Source: a virus
Lineage: Duplodnaviria > Caudoviricetes
Virus record (IMG/VR): IMGVR_UViG_3300001881_000108
Span: 1 to 30,386 of that record
DNA: 30,386 bases
Reading direction: 5' to 3' (one strand)
Made by a program: the position numbers and the translations under genes. The notes under the pieces are model-generated. The model was not told the origin of the DNA and did not search any database. It saw nothing but the letters and a program-made list of their open reading frames with translations. Of the stretch, positions 1 to 8,318 are shown in pieces (positions within the stretch are counted from its first letter, which is position 1; each line of letters begins with the position of its first letter).

Positions 1-486
1 GTGGAGACTCATGAGGTTTTAAAAACAGCCATAGGTAAGCCCACTGATGCCGTTATTAAGGCGCTGCGAGTGAGCAAGAGCACTGTTTACAAGTGGACTG
101 AGCCTATTGAGGATATTAATGACAGCGGTGCCATTAACCCCCTGGACAGAATTGAAGCGATTATATCCACAGCACTGAGCTTTGACAGACCTACTGAAGA
201 GGCCTTTGGACCTATTCAGTATTTAGCAACCCGTTTCAACGGGGTGTTTATCCCATCTATCCCCAGCCATACCAGCAAAAACGAAATTTTTCGTCATACG
301 TTTGAGACCAGCAAGTCTTTTTCTGATCTGCTGAACACTATTGGTGCATCTACTGCCCCTGATTCTGAATCTGGTGAGAAGTTATCCCCCAATGAGCATA
401 AGCAGATTAGGTGTCAAGGCATGAAAGCTATCCAGCAGATAGCTGAGTTGTTGGCGCTGCTGGAAAATGAGGCGGTGAAGCCATGA
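1..486 (+). CDS. Phage CII-like (CP76/YmfL type) regulatory protein
   Basis: N-terminal HTH-like 'ALRVSKSTVYKWTEP' followed by 'NPLDRIEAII'; position ahead of the replication genes. The start lies at the window edge. Confidence 0.6.
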   Translation: METHEVLKTAIGKPTDAVIKALRVSKSTVYKWTEPIEDINDSGAINPLDRIEAIISTALSFDRPTEEAFGPIQYLATRFNGVFIPSIPSHTSKNEIFRHTFETSKSFSDLLNTIGASTAPDSESGEKLSPNEHKQIRCQGMKAIQQIAELLALLENEAVKP

Positions 487-596
487 AAAAGCCACCTATT
501 GAAACCTGGAAGCCGGAAGAGAGGCAGGCATACCTGAGGGTTGCCGAGTTGATTATAAGCCTTAAAGCCAAGTTAAAAGGGGGACAGCATGCGTAA
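483..596 (+). CDS. Small hypothetical protein (37 aa, MKKPPIETWKPEERQAYLRVAELII...)
   Basis: ATGA overlap with the upstream gene, GAGG RBS, fills the gap to the next ORF. Confidence 0.45.
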   Translation: MKKPPIETWKPEERQAYLRVAELIISLKAKLKGGQHA

Positions 597-837
597 CGAC
601 AGAAAAAGTAATCCTATCGCCACCGTGTTTGTTTTGTTGGTTGTTCTGGCTGCGCTGGGGCTGGCTGGTAATGCAGACCGTAAGGATGCAGAGGTAACCA
701 CCGCCACCATTCAAGAGGTTGCTACAGCTGGCATTGTTTACAGCAAGCCTGCTGCCTATCGGTTACAGACCCCTACCCAAGAGCAGATGGATAACCTGGA
801 ACATTTGCGGGTGGTGGCTAAGTTGGTGGAGCAATAG
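589..837 (+). CDS. Hypothetical membrane-anchored phage protein
   Basis: Hydrophobic N-terminal stretch IATVFVLLVVLAALGLAG; GGGGGA RBS. Confidence 0.6.
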   Translation: MRNDRKSNPIATVFVLLVVLAALGLAGNADRKDAEVTTATIQEVATAGIVYSKPAAYRLQTPTQEQMDNLEHLRVVAKLVEQ

Positions 838-841
838 TGTC

Positions 842-1045
842 ATGGCCCGCAGAGGTTACGATCCTGGAGCGACGGTGTCTGATGTGTACCGTTGCATCTG
901 TGATGGGTGCCGCCTGCAGGCCCGTTGCCGGGATCATCAATTATTCTGCCGTGACCGATTGTTGGGCAGTGTTAACGGATACATCGTTGAGTGCCCGGAA
1001 TATCAGCCAGAATGCTGGCACGGCCTGGATGAAGTAAGACCATGA
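842..1045 (+). CDS. Small Cys-rich hypothetical protein (MARRGYDPG...)
   Basis: Internal ATG at 842 of ORF 719..1045, preceded by GGAG; ATGA overlap with the next gene. Confidence 0.5.
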   Translation: MARRGYDPGATVSDVYRCICDGCRLQARCRDHQLFCRDRLLGSVNGYIVECPEYQPECWHGLDEVRP

Positions 1046-1305
1046 CTGCAATGGCTCTGAATGTATGCCCTGAAATGTCGGTAATACCCTACCCAGATGG
1101 CGGGTTTATGTGGGTGATCAGGCGGCCTGAATCACCGCTGGTGTATTTTGCAGGTATTGAACCTACTGAGGTTTCTGCCCAGGTGTTTGGTGCTCATTAC
1201 TGGCGCGCTGCCTGTCTGGAAATAGGGGCAGAGGTGCCGCAGGGTTGCCAGCAAATACTTGATAGCGTGGCGGCGCAATTGCAGTTGTTTGAGAGGCCAG
1301 CATGA
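1042..1305 (+). CDS. Hypothetical protein with C-terminal QLQLF (clamp-binding-like) motif
   Basis: ATGA-coupled on both sides; ends AQLQLFERPA. Confidence 0.6.
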   Translation: MTAMALNVCPEMSVIPYPDGGFMWVIRRPESPLVYFAGIEPTEVSAQVFGAHYWRAACLEIGAEVPQGCQQILDSVAAQLQLFERPA

Positions 1306-2204
1306 TTGAACTGTTTGATTGCATACCGTTGGGTGCCAGGATCAGCAAGGCCACCTGTGAACAAAATCGCAAGCGCGGCGGTACTGGTGGACACGGCAAA
1401 GGTCCTGAAAAGATTTTTGCCTGTATGGATTGCCCTGGGTTGGGTGTGAAACCCCATAAAATAGATTTGGAGGTATCTGAAATGGCTGCTGATAAAAAGA
1501 GAAAAGTTACCACCTGCAGTGTTGCTGGATGCGACAGACGTCCGCAGCATAATTGTAACGGCATGTGTAAGACTCATTTTAGGCAGGCCTGTACAGAGGC
1601 TGGCGTGACTCCTGAAACAGCCAGCAGCGCTGCGGCACCCGAAGAATCCCCCAAAGAGTCAATACAGGACTATCTAGACGGCGAACATCTGCCAGACACT
1701 CCCGCAACAACAGACCCCCGTATTACGTTTGAATGTCCGAACTGCCATGTAGCGCTTTCCTCTGCTGAGGTGGAAGATCCGCTGTGCCCCTGTTGTGACA
1801 AGCCGCTGCACACCCATATTGATGTTGGTGGACGGGTGTTTACCCCAGATGTCGCGCACGGGTTTATGCCAGAAAAGGAGCTCTGCGAACAAATGCTTCG
1901 TAAGCCCGTCATCACCTCCCGCGATGCTTCACCGTTTGAAATGATCGGCATGCAGATCGGATCGCTGGTGACCGAAAAGAACCAGGCCTACGGCAATTCA
2001 TTTGCCCAGTCCGGTGATTTTCTGCGGCTGCTGTACCCCGATGGCGTTAAGCCTGATCAGTTCCAGGAGGCCCTGGGGATGGTACGGATTTTCGACAAGA
2101 TGAAGCGGATAGCCACGGACAAGGACGCATTTGGCGAAGATCCGTACCGTGACATTGCTGGCTACGCGATTCTTGCGGTTGCCCGTCGGGAAGGTGCGAT
2201 ATGA
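1302..2204 (+). CDS. Multi-Zn-finger protein with C-terminal DUF1599/Nmad1-like (nucleotide-modification-associated) domain
   Basis: Several CxxC clusters; C-terminus 'EKNQAYGNSF...RIFDKMKRI...EDPYRDIAGYAIL' is typical of that family. Confidence 0.65.
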   Translation: MIELFDCIPLGARISKATCEQNRKRGGTGGHGKGPEKIFACMDCPGLGVKPHKIDLEVSEMAADKKRKVTTCSVAGCDRRPQHNCNGMCKTHFRQACTEAGVTPETASSAAAPEESPKESIQDYLDGEHLPDTPATTDPRITFECPNCHVALSSAEVEDPLCPCCDKPLHTHIDVGGRVFTPDVAHGFMPEKELCEQMLRKPVITSRDASPFEMIGMQIGSLVTEKNQAYGNSFAQSGDFLRLLYPDGVKPDQFQEALGMVRIFDKMKRIATDKDAFGEDPYRDIAGYAILAVARREGAI

Positions 2205-2536
2205 GCCGTTTTTCTGGCCTGGCTGCAGTTGATCAATACAAGGCAAAGCTGACGTTTGACCGGGCAAAGGCCCTGCAGGTGTTACGTGACGGCGTGAAGC
2301 AGGTTGCAGATATGTACCCTGCAGGTGCGCTGGATTGGCTACAGCAGCACAAGTCTGACCTGTACGCCCAGTGCATGGGGTCTATGGACAAGATTGAGCA
2401 GGCATTTGGCAAAGAGGCACCCGCCATGGTTGCGGCCTCTGTTGATCTGTATGTGAGGCTGCATAAGCAGGCGTTTGAGCTGTTCAAGGAACATACGAAA
2501 CCGCTTGTGACTCTGAAGGAGGAACAGCATGCCTGA
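2201..2536 (+). CDS. Hypothetical phage protein
   Basis: Translationally coupled ORF in the early operon. Confidence 0.6.
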   Translation: MSRFSGLAAVDQYKAKLTFDRAKALQVLRDGVKQVADMYPAGALDWLQQHKSDLYAQCMGSMDKIEQAFGKEAPAMVAASVDLYVRLHKQAFELFKEHTKPLVTLKEEQHA

Positions 2537-2855
2537 TATTACATTTGATATGTACGTTTCCGGAACGGGGAAGGCCCTGGAGGATTGGGAGCGTGAGGCA
2601 TCCACAGCTTTTTTGCGTGTGGTTTACGATTACCGTATGGGGCCAACTGGAAAGACTTTTTTGCTCCAAAAGATGGCTAGCATGGGCGATGTAGTTTGTT
2701 TTGAAGACAAAAACCTGCGGCCCTGGCAGTGGGAAGCAGCTGTGGCTTTTTATTCAGCCTGTTTGCGTAGCAAGGCTGCTGCCGATGATCAGCAGCAGCT
2801 GGTTAAGAAGTTAAGCCGGTTTATTGAAGAGCACGGCAACACATTCAGGCTCTGA
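2529..2855 (+). CDS. Hypothetical phage protein
   Basis: Strong AGGAGG RBS; overlaps the upstream stop. Confidence 0.6.
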   Translation: MPDITFDMYVSGTGKALEDWEREASTAFLRVVYDYRMGPTGKTFLLQKMASMGDVVCFEDKNLRPWQWEAAVAFYSACLRSKAAADDQQQLVKKLSRFIEEHGNTFRL

Positions 2856-2903
2856 GATATCAGCCTACCCCTAATACCATTCTGATTATCCCCTGGAGGC
2901 CGC

Positions 2904-5453
2904 TTGCGGTTTTGTGAAGAGCACATGAGTGAGGAACAGCGCACGGTAATAGCTCGTGAGCTGTTTGAGGTTAAGGAAGTGCTGAAGGGCAAGGGCGAGC
3001 TGCACGGCCTCTGCCCTGCGCATGACGACCGTAACAAGCCCTCATTCTCGTACAACTACAAGAAGGATCTCTGCAACTGCATGGTGTGCGGTTTTAGTGG
3101 TGATCTGGTTGAGTTGTGGTGCCATGCCAATGGCATGAAGCGGGATATGGGTGGATTCAAGGCCTTTTGTCAGGCTTTCCACATTAACGCATCCAGCGAC
3201 CACGCTCCCACATCCGCTACACAATCCAAGCCAGCAGATGCACCCCCGCAAAAAAAACCGTCTGAAGCCAAGCCAGTAAAGCAATCCACAAAAAAAGAGT
3301 CTGATGCTGCCGATGATGAACCGTTGCAGCCTATCCCCTGGGATCAGTTTAACGCTCTCCCTCCCCTCCCCGAGGATTGGATTGAGCGACTGGCTAAAGA
3401 ACGGGGCTGGACCCGTGAGGTGATGGAGCGTCAGCAGCTGCGGCAGTATGTGCATACCCGCGAGAATGCCAAGCTGTTTAGGGTGTCTCGTATGCCTTTT
3501 GGACAACGCCGGGTTGCTATACCCATCCCTGATGATGCTGGCGACCTGGTTAATATCCGCTTCTACCTGCCCTGGGATCGATCTGAAGACGATGAAAAGG
3601 TTATGTCCTGCGCTGGGCGTGGTGAGGCCCGCCTCTACCCTCCCCCCTCCCAGTGGGGCGCTGGTCCGCTTTGGCAGGTTGAGGGCGAGCCTGATCTGAT
3701 CTGTGGACTAAGCCAGGGCCTGAATGCGGTCACCAAAACAACCGGCGTCAAGGTTTGGAAGGAAGAGTGGAACCAGCACTTTGAAGGCCGTGAGGTGGTT
3801 AATGCCTACGATGCCGACAAGCCAGGCATGCAGGGCAATGAGCGGGTAGGCAAAGATCTGGCCCCCATTACCAAGCTGTTCCGGTATCTGCGTTGGCCTG
3901 GGTTTATGTATGAGGGCACTGACCAGCCGCTGGATGATCCTAAACAGAAGTTTTCTGAATTTGTGCTGACTGAGGCCCGTATGTGGCCGGTTAAGGGCGG
4001 CAAGGATTTAACTGACTGGTTTGTGAAGCATGGCCGGTGCGTGGCTGATCTGAAGGATCTGCTGGCCACGGCTGGCACTATCGCCCCTCCTGATCAGAAG
4101 CCAGCTCTGGGGCCACGTCGGTTTTTTGGTGGACGCAACGGCAACGCCTTCAAACCAGCACTGCTGGCTGAGGCCATTCTTGAAGATACCGATGTTATTT
4201 CAGATCCTGAGACCGGTCTGATCTACAAGTGGAACGAGCGGTTCTGGGAACGGTTCAACCTGGCCTATATCCAAAAGCGCGCACTACTGATGCTGGAACG
4301 TGAGGCATCTACAGCCCGTGCCAGTGACGTTGCCACCATGGTTCGTATTTTGTCCAGCATGGAGCCAGGCAGGCGGATGGATGATTCTCTTGAGTGGATC
4401 TGTCTCAAGAACTGCCTGTTTAACCTGGAGAGCGGCATCACGGCCCAGCATTCACATGACTACTATTTTTCATACATGCTGGGGGTTGAGTTTAATCCTA
4501 ATGCCAGCCCTCGCTGTGATCGCTGGTTGGCGTTCCTGGCTGAGACAGTGCAGGACCCTGTCACCATTATGGCCATGCAGGAGTTTTTCGGATACTGCCT
4601 GACGAATAATACCATCTACGAAAAATGTCTATTCCTGTACGGCCCTGGCTCTGACGGTAAATCAAAGGTGATTAACGTCCTGTCTGCTTTGCTGGGTGAA
4701 CAGAACTGTGCAGCGGTAGGCCTGAAGGATCTTGAAAAAGAGTTCTACAGGGCCTCTCTGTTGGGGAAAAAGCTGAACGTTTCGGCTGAATTTGACAGCG
4801 GGGCTTTCACGTCTGAGTGGTTCAAAAAGCTGATCACCGGCGACCTGATCTCTGCTGCATTCAAGCACAAGGACTTCTTTGAGTTCCGCTTTACCGGCAA
4901 GCTGGTCTTTGCATCCAACCGCTTCCCCAAGGTGCTGGACAATACGGATGGATACTGGCGACGCCTGCTACCCATCCGATTTAAAAAGCAGTTCCTGACC
5001 GTCTCAGACGGCAAGGACATCCACCTTGAAAAGACGCTGCTGTCAGAGCTGGACGGAATATTCGCCTGGGCGCTGGCTGGTCTGGAGCGCCTGTACGAAC
5101 AGGGCGAGTTCTCATGGTCAGATGACATGGAGGATACGCTGAACGAGTACAAGTCCACCAATGATCCGGTGCTGGTATTCGTTCAGGAGCGGCTACTGTG
5201 TCGCGAAAGCGACACCTCTCGTGTCGGCGTAGCCGCACTTTACAAGGCCTATCTACGTTTCTGCAGCGAGGGTAATTTCTCGCCCCACAACCGTATTCAT
5301 TTCGGCAGGGAATTCAAGCGCTGTGTGCCTCACGTCACCAAGGGCAAGCTTCACGGTACCCGTGATGAGGCGTGGATAGGCATTTCTTTGCTTGATGTGG
5401 ACGGCTCTTCCTCCCCCGCCCCCCTCCCGTCAGGCTCCGCTACCAGTGGATAG
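2904..5453 (+). CDS. P4-family DNA primase/helicase (CHC2 Zn finger + TOPRIM + D5-like SF3 helicase)
   Basis: CPAHDD...CMVC Zn finger; 'VEGEPD' and 'YDAD' TOPRIM motifs; Walker A GPGSDGKS; 'FASNRFP', 'YWRRLLPIRF'. GGAGG precedes the TTG start. Confidence 0.92.
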   Translation: MRFCEEHMSEEQRTVIARELFEVKEVLKGKGELHGLCPAHDDRNKPSFSYNYKKDLCNCMVCGFSGDLVELWCHANGMKRDMGGFKAFCQAFHINASSDHAPTSATQSKPADAPPQKKPSEAKPVKQSTKKESDAADDEPLQPIPWDQFNALPPLPEDWIERLAKERGWTREVMERQQLRQYVHTRENAKLFRVSRMPFGQRRVAIPIPDDAGDLVNIRFYLPWDRSEDDEKVMSCAGRGEARLYPPPSQWGAGPLWQVEGEPDLICGLSQGLNAVTKTTGVKVWKEEWNQHFEGREVVNAYDADKPGMQGNERVGKDLAPITKLFRYLRWPGFMYEGTDQPLDDPKQKFSEFVLTEARMWPVKGGKDLTDWFVKHGRCVADLKDLLATAGTIAPPDQKPALGPRRFFGGRNGNAFKPALLAEAILEDTDVISDPETGLIYKWNERFWERFNLAYIQKRALLMLEREASTARASDVATMVRILSSMEPGRRMDDSLEWICLKNCLFNLESGITAQHSHDYYFSYMLGVEFNPNASPRCDRWLAFLAETVQDPVTIMAMQEFFGYCLTNNTIYEKCLFLYGPGSDGKSKVINVLSALLGEQNCAAVGLKDLEKEFYRASLLGKKLNVSAEFDSGAFTSEWFKKLITGDLISAAFKHKDFFEFRFTGKLVFASNRFPKVLDNTDGYWRRLLPIRFKKQFLTVSDGKDIHLEKTLLSELDGIFAWALAGLERLYEQGEFSWSDDMEDTLNEYKSTNDPVLVFVQERLLCRESDTSRVGVAALYKAYLRFCSEGNFSPHNRIHFGREFKRCVPHVTKGKLHGTRDEAWIGISLLDVDGSSSPAPLPSGSATSG

Positions 5454-5470
5454 AGAGGTTGGGCGTTTTC

Positions 5471-5767
5471 TGTCGCAGATGTAGTAGATATGTAGTAGAT
5501 GGTTTGTGGTATCTACTACATAGAAAATCAAATTATATTAATAGCTTACACAGTTTGTAGTAGATGTAGTAGATAGTTTGAACATAAATACATGCGCACA
5601 TGCGCGCGCGTCGGTTTGTTCAGATCATCTACTACATCAAACAAGATAATAAATAGTTATATCTATCTACTACATCTACTACAAAGAAATAAATAGTTAA
5701 TATTAAAGGTTTATTCTGTCGCAGATGATTAAAAGCTATCTACTACAATCTAAGACAATCTACGACA
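5471..5767. repeat. Iteron-like 10-mer array (TGTAGTAGAT/ATCTACTACA); putative phage replication origin
   Basis: Nine exact copies (+: 5480, 5491, 5556, 5565; -: 5511, 5627, 5665, 5674, 5738) and four variants (5471, 5717, 5748, 5758) in an AT-rich intergenic gap right after the primase-helicase. Confidence 0.75.
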
Positions 5768-5783
5768 AAAAAAGGAAAAGGCT

Positions 5784-6614
5784 ATGTTGAGCATAAAGGT
5801 GGATATCAAAGAGGTAGTAAACCGGTTGGGCGTTATGCAAGCAAAGCTGCCGGAAGTGCTGAAGAACAGCGTCAACCAGACGGCGTTTGAGCTGAGAAAC
5901 AAGTATATCGAATCTCTCAAGAGCTCATTCCCCAGCCTGAAACCACAGACAGCAAAGAACGTGTTTGTAAGACAGGCAGATACAAAGACAAAGTCATATG
6001 ATCGCCGTGGCAATTATTCAGCATCTATCGTGTTTGATCAGATATGGAAGGGCCCCGGCATTGATGAATACATGGTTGCCCAGGTTCAGGGCGGCAAGCG
6101 AGCCATGAAGCCATCAGAAAAGAGACTGGGTCACTACTATGTGCCAGGCATGGGGGCAAAGCTGGATGCATACGGCAACATGTCAGGCGGTCAGGTGACT
6201 CAGATCCTGTCTCAGATGGGTAGGTTTGGCAATGTTGGCAGCAGTATGAATCAAACAGCAAAGAGCAGGAAGCTGGCAAAGCAAGGATCAAAGACCACTG
6301 AATACTTCATGATCCAGCGTCAACGTGGTGGCCTGAAGCCGGGTGTCTACCAGCGTACTGAGAAGCGTAACGGGTTCACGTCAGTCGGTAAACCAAAGGC
6401 TATGAGAGGCCAACAAGGCCACAAGGCCCTGCAGCAAGGGCGCTCAAGAGCGATACAGGGTCGCGGTGCTATTCCAGTCCTCGTGTTTACTAAGGCTGCA
6501 CCGACATACACCGTGCGTTGGCCATTCTTCAATCAGGGTCAGGCGTTCATCAACAAGCGCCTGCCTGAGGTTATGAGCAAGTATATTGATTATGCAATCA
6601 AGGGCCGGTTGTGA
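5784..6614 (+). CDS. Basic phage protein, probably gpZ-like neck/minor tail family
   Basis: Lys/Arg-rich; 'LKNSVNQTA' start and 'LDAYGNMSGG' resemble gpZ-like proteins found just before cos in lambdoid prophages. Confidence 0.45.
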   Translation: MLSIKVDIKEVVNRLGVMQAKLPEVLKNSVNQTAFELRNKYIESLKSSFPSLKPQTAKNVFVRQADTKTKSYDRRGNYSASIVFDQIWKGPGIDEYMVAQVQGGKRAMKPSEKRLGHYYVPGMGAKLDAYGNMSGGQVTQILSQMGRFGNVGSSMNQTAKSRKLAKQGSKTTEYFMIQRQRGGLKPGVYQRTEKRNGFTSVGKPKAMRGQQGHKALQQGRSRAIQGRGAIPVLVFTKAAPTYTVRWPFFNQGQAFINKRLPEVMSKYIDYAIKGRL

Positions 6615-6620
6615 TTTCGC

Positions 6621-6676
6621 GGGTCCTTCCTGGCCTTTCGCTCCATGCGGGTAATTGAGCCCTCGACCTTTTCGCG
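6621..6676 (+). other. Putative cos (packaging) region
   Basis: GGGTCCT (identical to lambda cosQ) at 6621-6627, followed ~21 nt later by partly symmetric CGGGTAATTGAGCCCTCG; intergenic; the phage encodes a GpA-type terminase. Confidence 0.5.
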
Positions 6677-6732
6677 CAATTAATGTTTTTCGAGTTCCGG
6701 AATATCGGAACGTTACCACAGGATGGTGAGTT

Positions 6733-7131
6733 ATGAACCTGGCTGCAGTGCTTGACATAGTAGATCGTGCCACCGCCTGGGCGTGGATCCAGCGGACGCA
6801 CTTGCCGGACGGCGTCCAGTGCCCGGTCTGTGGAGCCATGGTTGACGGTGAGCTTGCGCTCAAGGCCTTCCGATCCCTGAAGCGGACCTACTGCCGATCG
6901 CACAACGGGGCTTTCCGTCCTCAAGCTGCTGTTGCAGTCCTTCGCGGCACTGAATGGGCACCAGAGGAATACGTCAAGTTTCTGCTTATGCACCATGCTG
7001 GTCGTACTGATGCCGACATTGCCGCGCTACTCGGCAAGTCCAGCGGCTGCGTTCGCGATATGTCCGCCCGTGTCGCATGCCTGGCCCAAACATCACCACT
7101 GGATGCTGATGTTTTAGACGGTAAGGGATAA
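6733..7131 (+). CDS. Zn-ribbon + HTH protein (resembles the IS1595 transposase N-terminus; no catalytic domain)
   Basis: 'AWAWIQRTHLPDGVQCPVCG...YCRSH' plus 'TDADIAALLGKSSGCVRDM' HTH; only 132 aa. Confidence 0.5.
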   Translation: MNLAAVLDIVDRATAWAWIQRTHLPDGVQCPVCGAMVDGELALKAFRSLKRTYCRSHNGAFRPQAAVAVLRGTEWAPEEYVKFLLMHHAGRTDADIAALLGKSSGCVRDMSARVACLAQTSPLDADVLDGKG

Positions 7132-7195
7132 AAAGGGCGCGCCGCGCGGGGGAGGGGCGGGAAAGAACCCCCTTAATTAATCCAGGAGACAAGCC

Positions 7196-8317
7196 ATGAC
7201 CACAGAGAAAATATCATTCACCGTACCACAACAAGGCCTGCGCTATCTTTTGGACCGTGCGCGAGGTGCTGTTGGCCGGATGCATCCATACTTCAAAATT
7301 GACATCTATTTAACCGGTCGCATCACCTGTTGCGCTACAGATCTGCGCGTGGGGGTATTGACAGAGCTGGATAACCGCAACAATGACACCGCGGTCGAGT
7401 GTGGCGGAACATTCTGTGTAGCTGCCGATAAATTTTTCAACCTTGTATCTGCCCTTCCCGCAATTGATGTACAGCTGCAGGGCCTGGACAACTACAAAAT
7501 CCGCATATCGTGCGGCACCTACACCGGTGTAGTTGCCTGCGTAGATCCCGAACAGCATTTTCCCGACATGATCCTCCCGGGCGGTGATCCTGATATCGTC
7601 TGCGCTGGCGGATTCCTAAACGACATCTACGCCGCCATCGGTCACGCCGTCGGAAACCAGGAAGACACCGCCACTGCAGGCATCAACATACAGGCCCTTA
7701 ATGGCCGGTTAGTCGGTGCTGCCACCAACGGTCATCGTCTCTCTGTTGCTGGCATAGCCACCCCGTATGATGGTGAATGTGAACCATTCGACACCGGAAT
7801 CACCCTGGCCCCAAAATCCATAGCTGAAATCAAAAAACTAAACTGCGGTGCCTGCGATGTCCGTATCCGTGAAAACAGAATGAGCATAGAACAAACCAAC
7901 ATCACAATAGTATCCAGACTCTATGAAGCAATCTACCCAAACTACCGCCGCATAATACCAGAGCACCCAAACTGCGCTGTCGTATTGGTATCAAAACTCA
8001 TAGAGGCCGTGCAAAGAGTAGGCATACTCAACGACACCCGGGAAATAGGCCTGTCAATCGGTAGCAACAGCATAACCGTATCTGCTCAAAGCACTGCCGG
8101 TGAATTGATTGATATAGTCCCCTGTGAAACAGAATCTGAACCCGTGCTGATACTCCTAAGCCCTGCGTACCTGCTTGAATCCCTGAAATCCCTGGTTAAA
8201 GACGGCGATGACGTAATCATCAAATGGCTTGATGACAAATCTCCCATAATGATTCTGCCTGCTGATTTCAGTAATTGGGATGAACGGCTTGAATTGATCG
8301 TGCCCAGGAGCAATTGA
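7196..8317 (+). CDS. dnaN: DNA polymerase III beta sliding clamp homologue (phage-encoded)
   Basis: 373 aa; 'CATDLRVG', 'AATNGHRLS', 'SRLYEAIYPNYRRIIP', 'SPAYLLESLK', C-terminal 'LIVPR' match DnaN motifs. No dnaA/recF/gyrB context. Confidence 0.88.
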   Translation: MTTEKISFTVPQQGLRYLLDRARGAVGRMHPYFKIDIYLTGRITCCATDLRVGVLTELDNRNNDTAVECGGTFCVAADKFFNLVSALPAIDVQLQGLDNYKIRISCGTYTGVVACVDPEQHFPDMILPGGDPDIVCAGGFLNDIYAAIGHAVGNQEDTATAGINIQALNGRLVGAATNGHRLSVAGIATPYDGECEPFDTGITLAPKSIAEIKKLNCGACDVRIRENRMSIEQTNITIVSRLYEAIYPNYRRIIPEHPNCAVVLVSKLIEAVQRVGILNDTREIGLSIGSNSITVSAQSTAGELIDIVPCETESEPVLILLSPAYLLESLKSLVKDGDDVIIKWLDDKSPIMILPADFSNWDERLELIVPRSN

Positions 8318-8318
8318 T

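Noticed and set aside
5410-7161. C-rich tract at 5410-5428 and G-rich tract at 7135-7161 (10-bp inverted match, G-quadruplex-like)
   Set aside because: Low-complexity and short; no supporting evidence for inversion or function.
7196-8317. dnaN as a sign of host chromosome origin or prophage boundary
   Set aside because: No dnaA, recF or gyrB nearby; it is embedded among phage genes.
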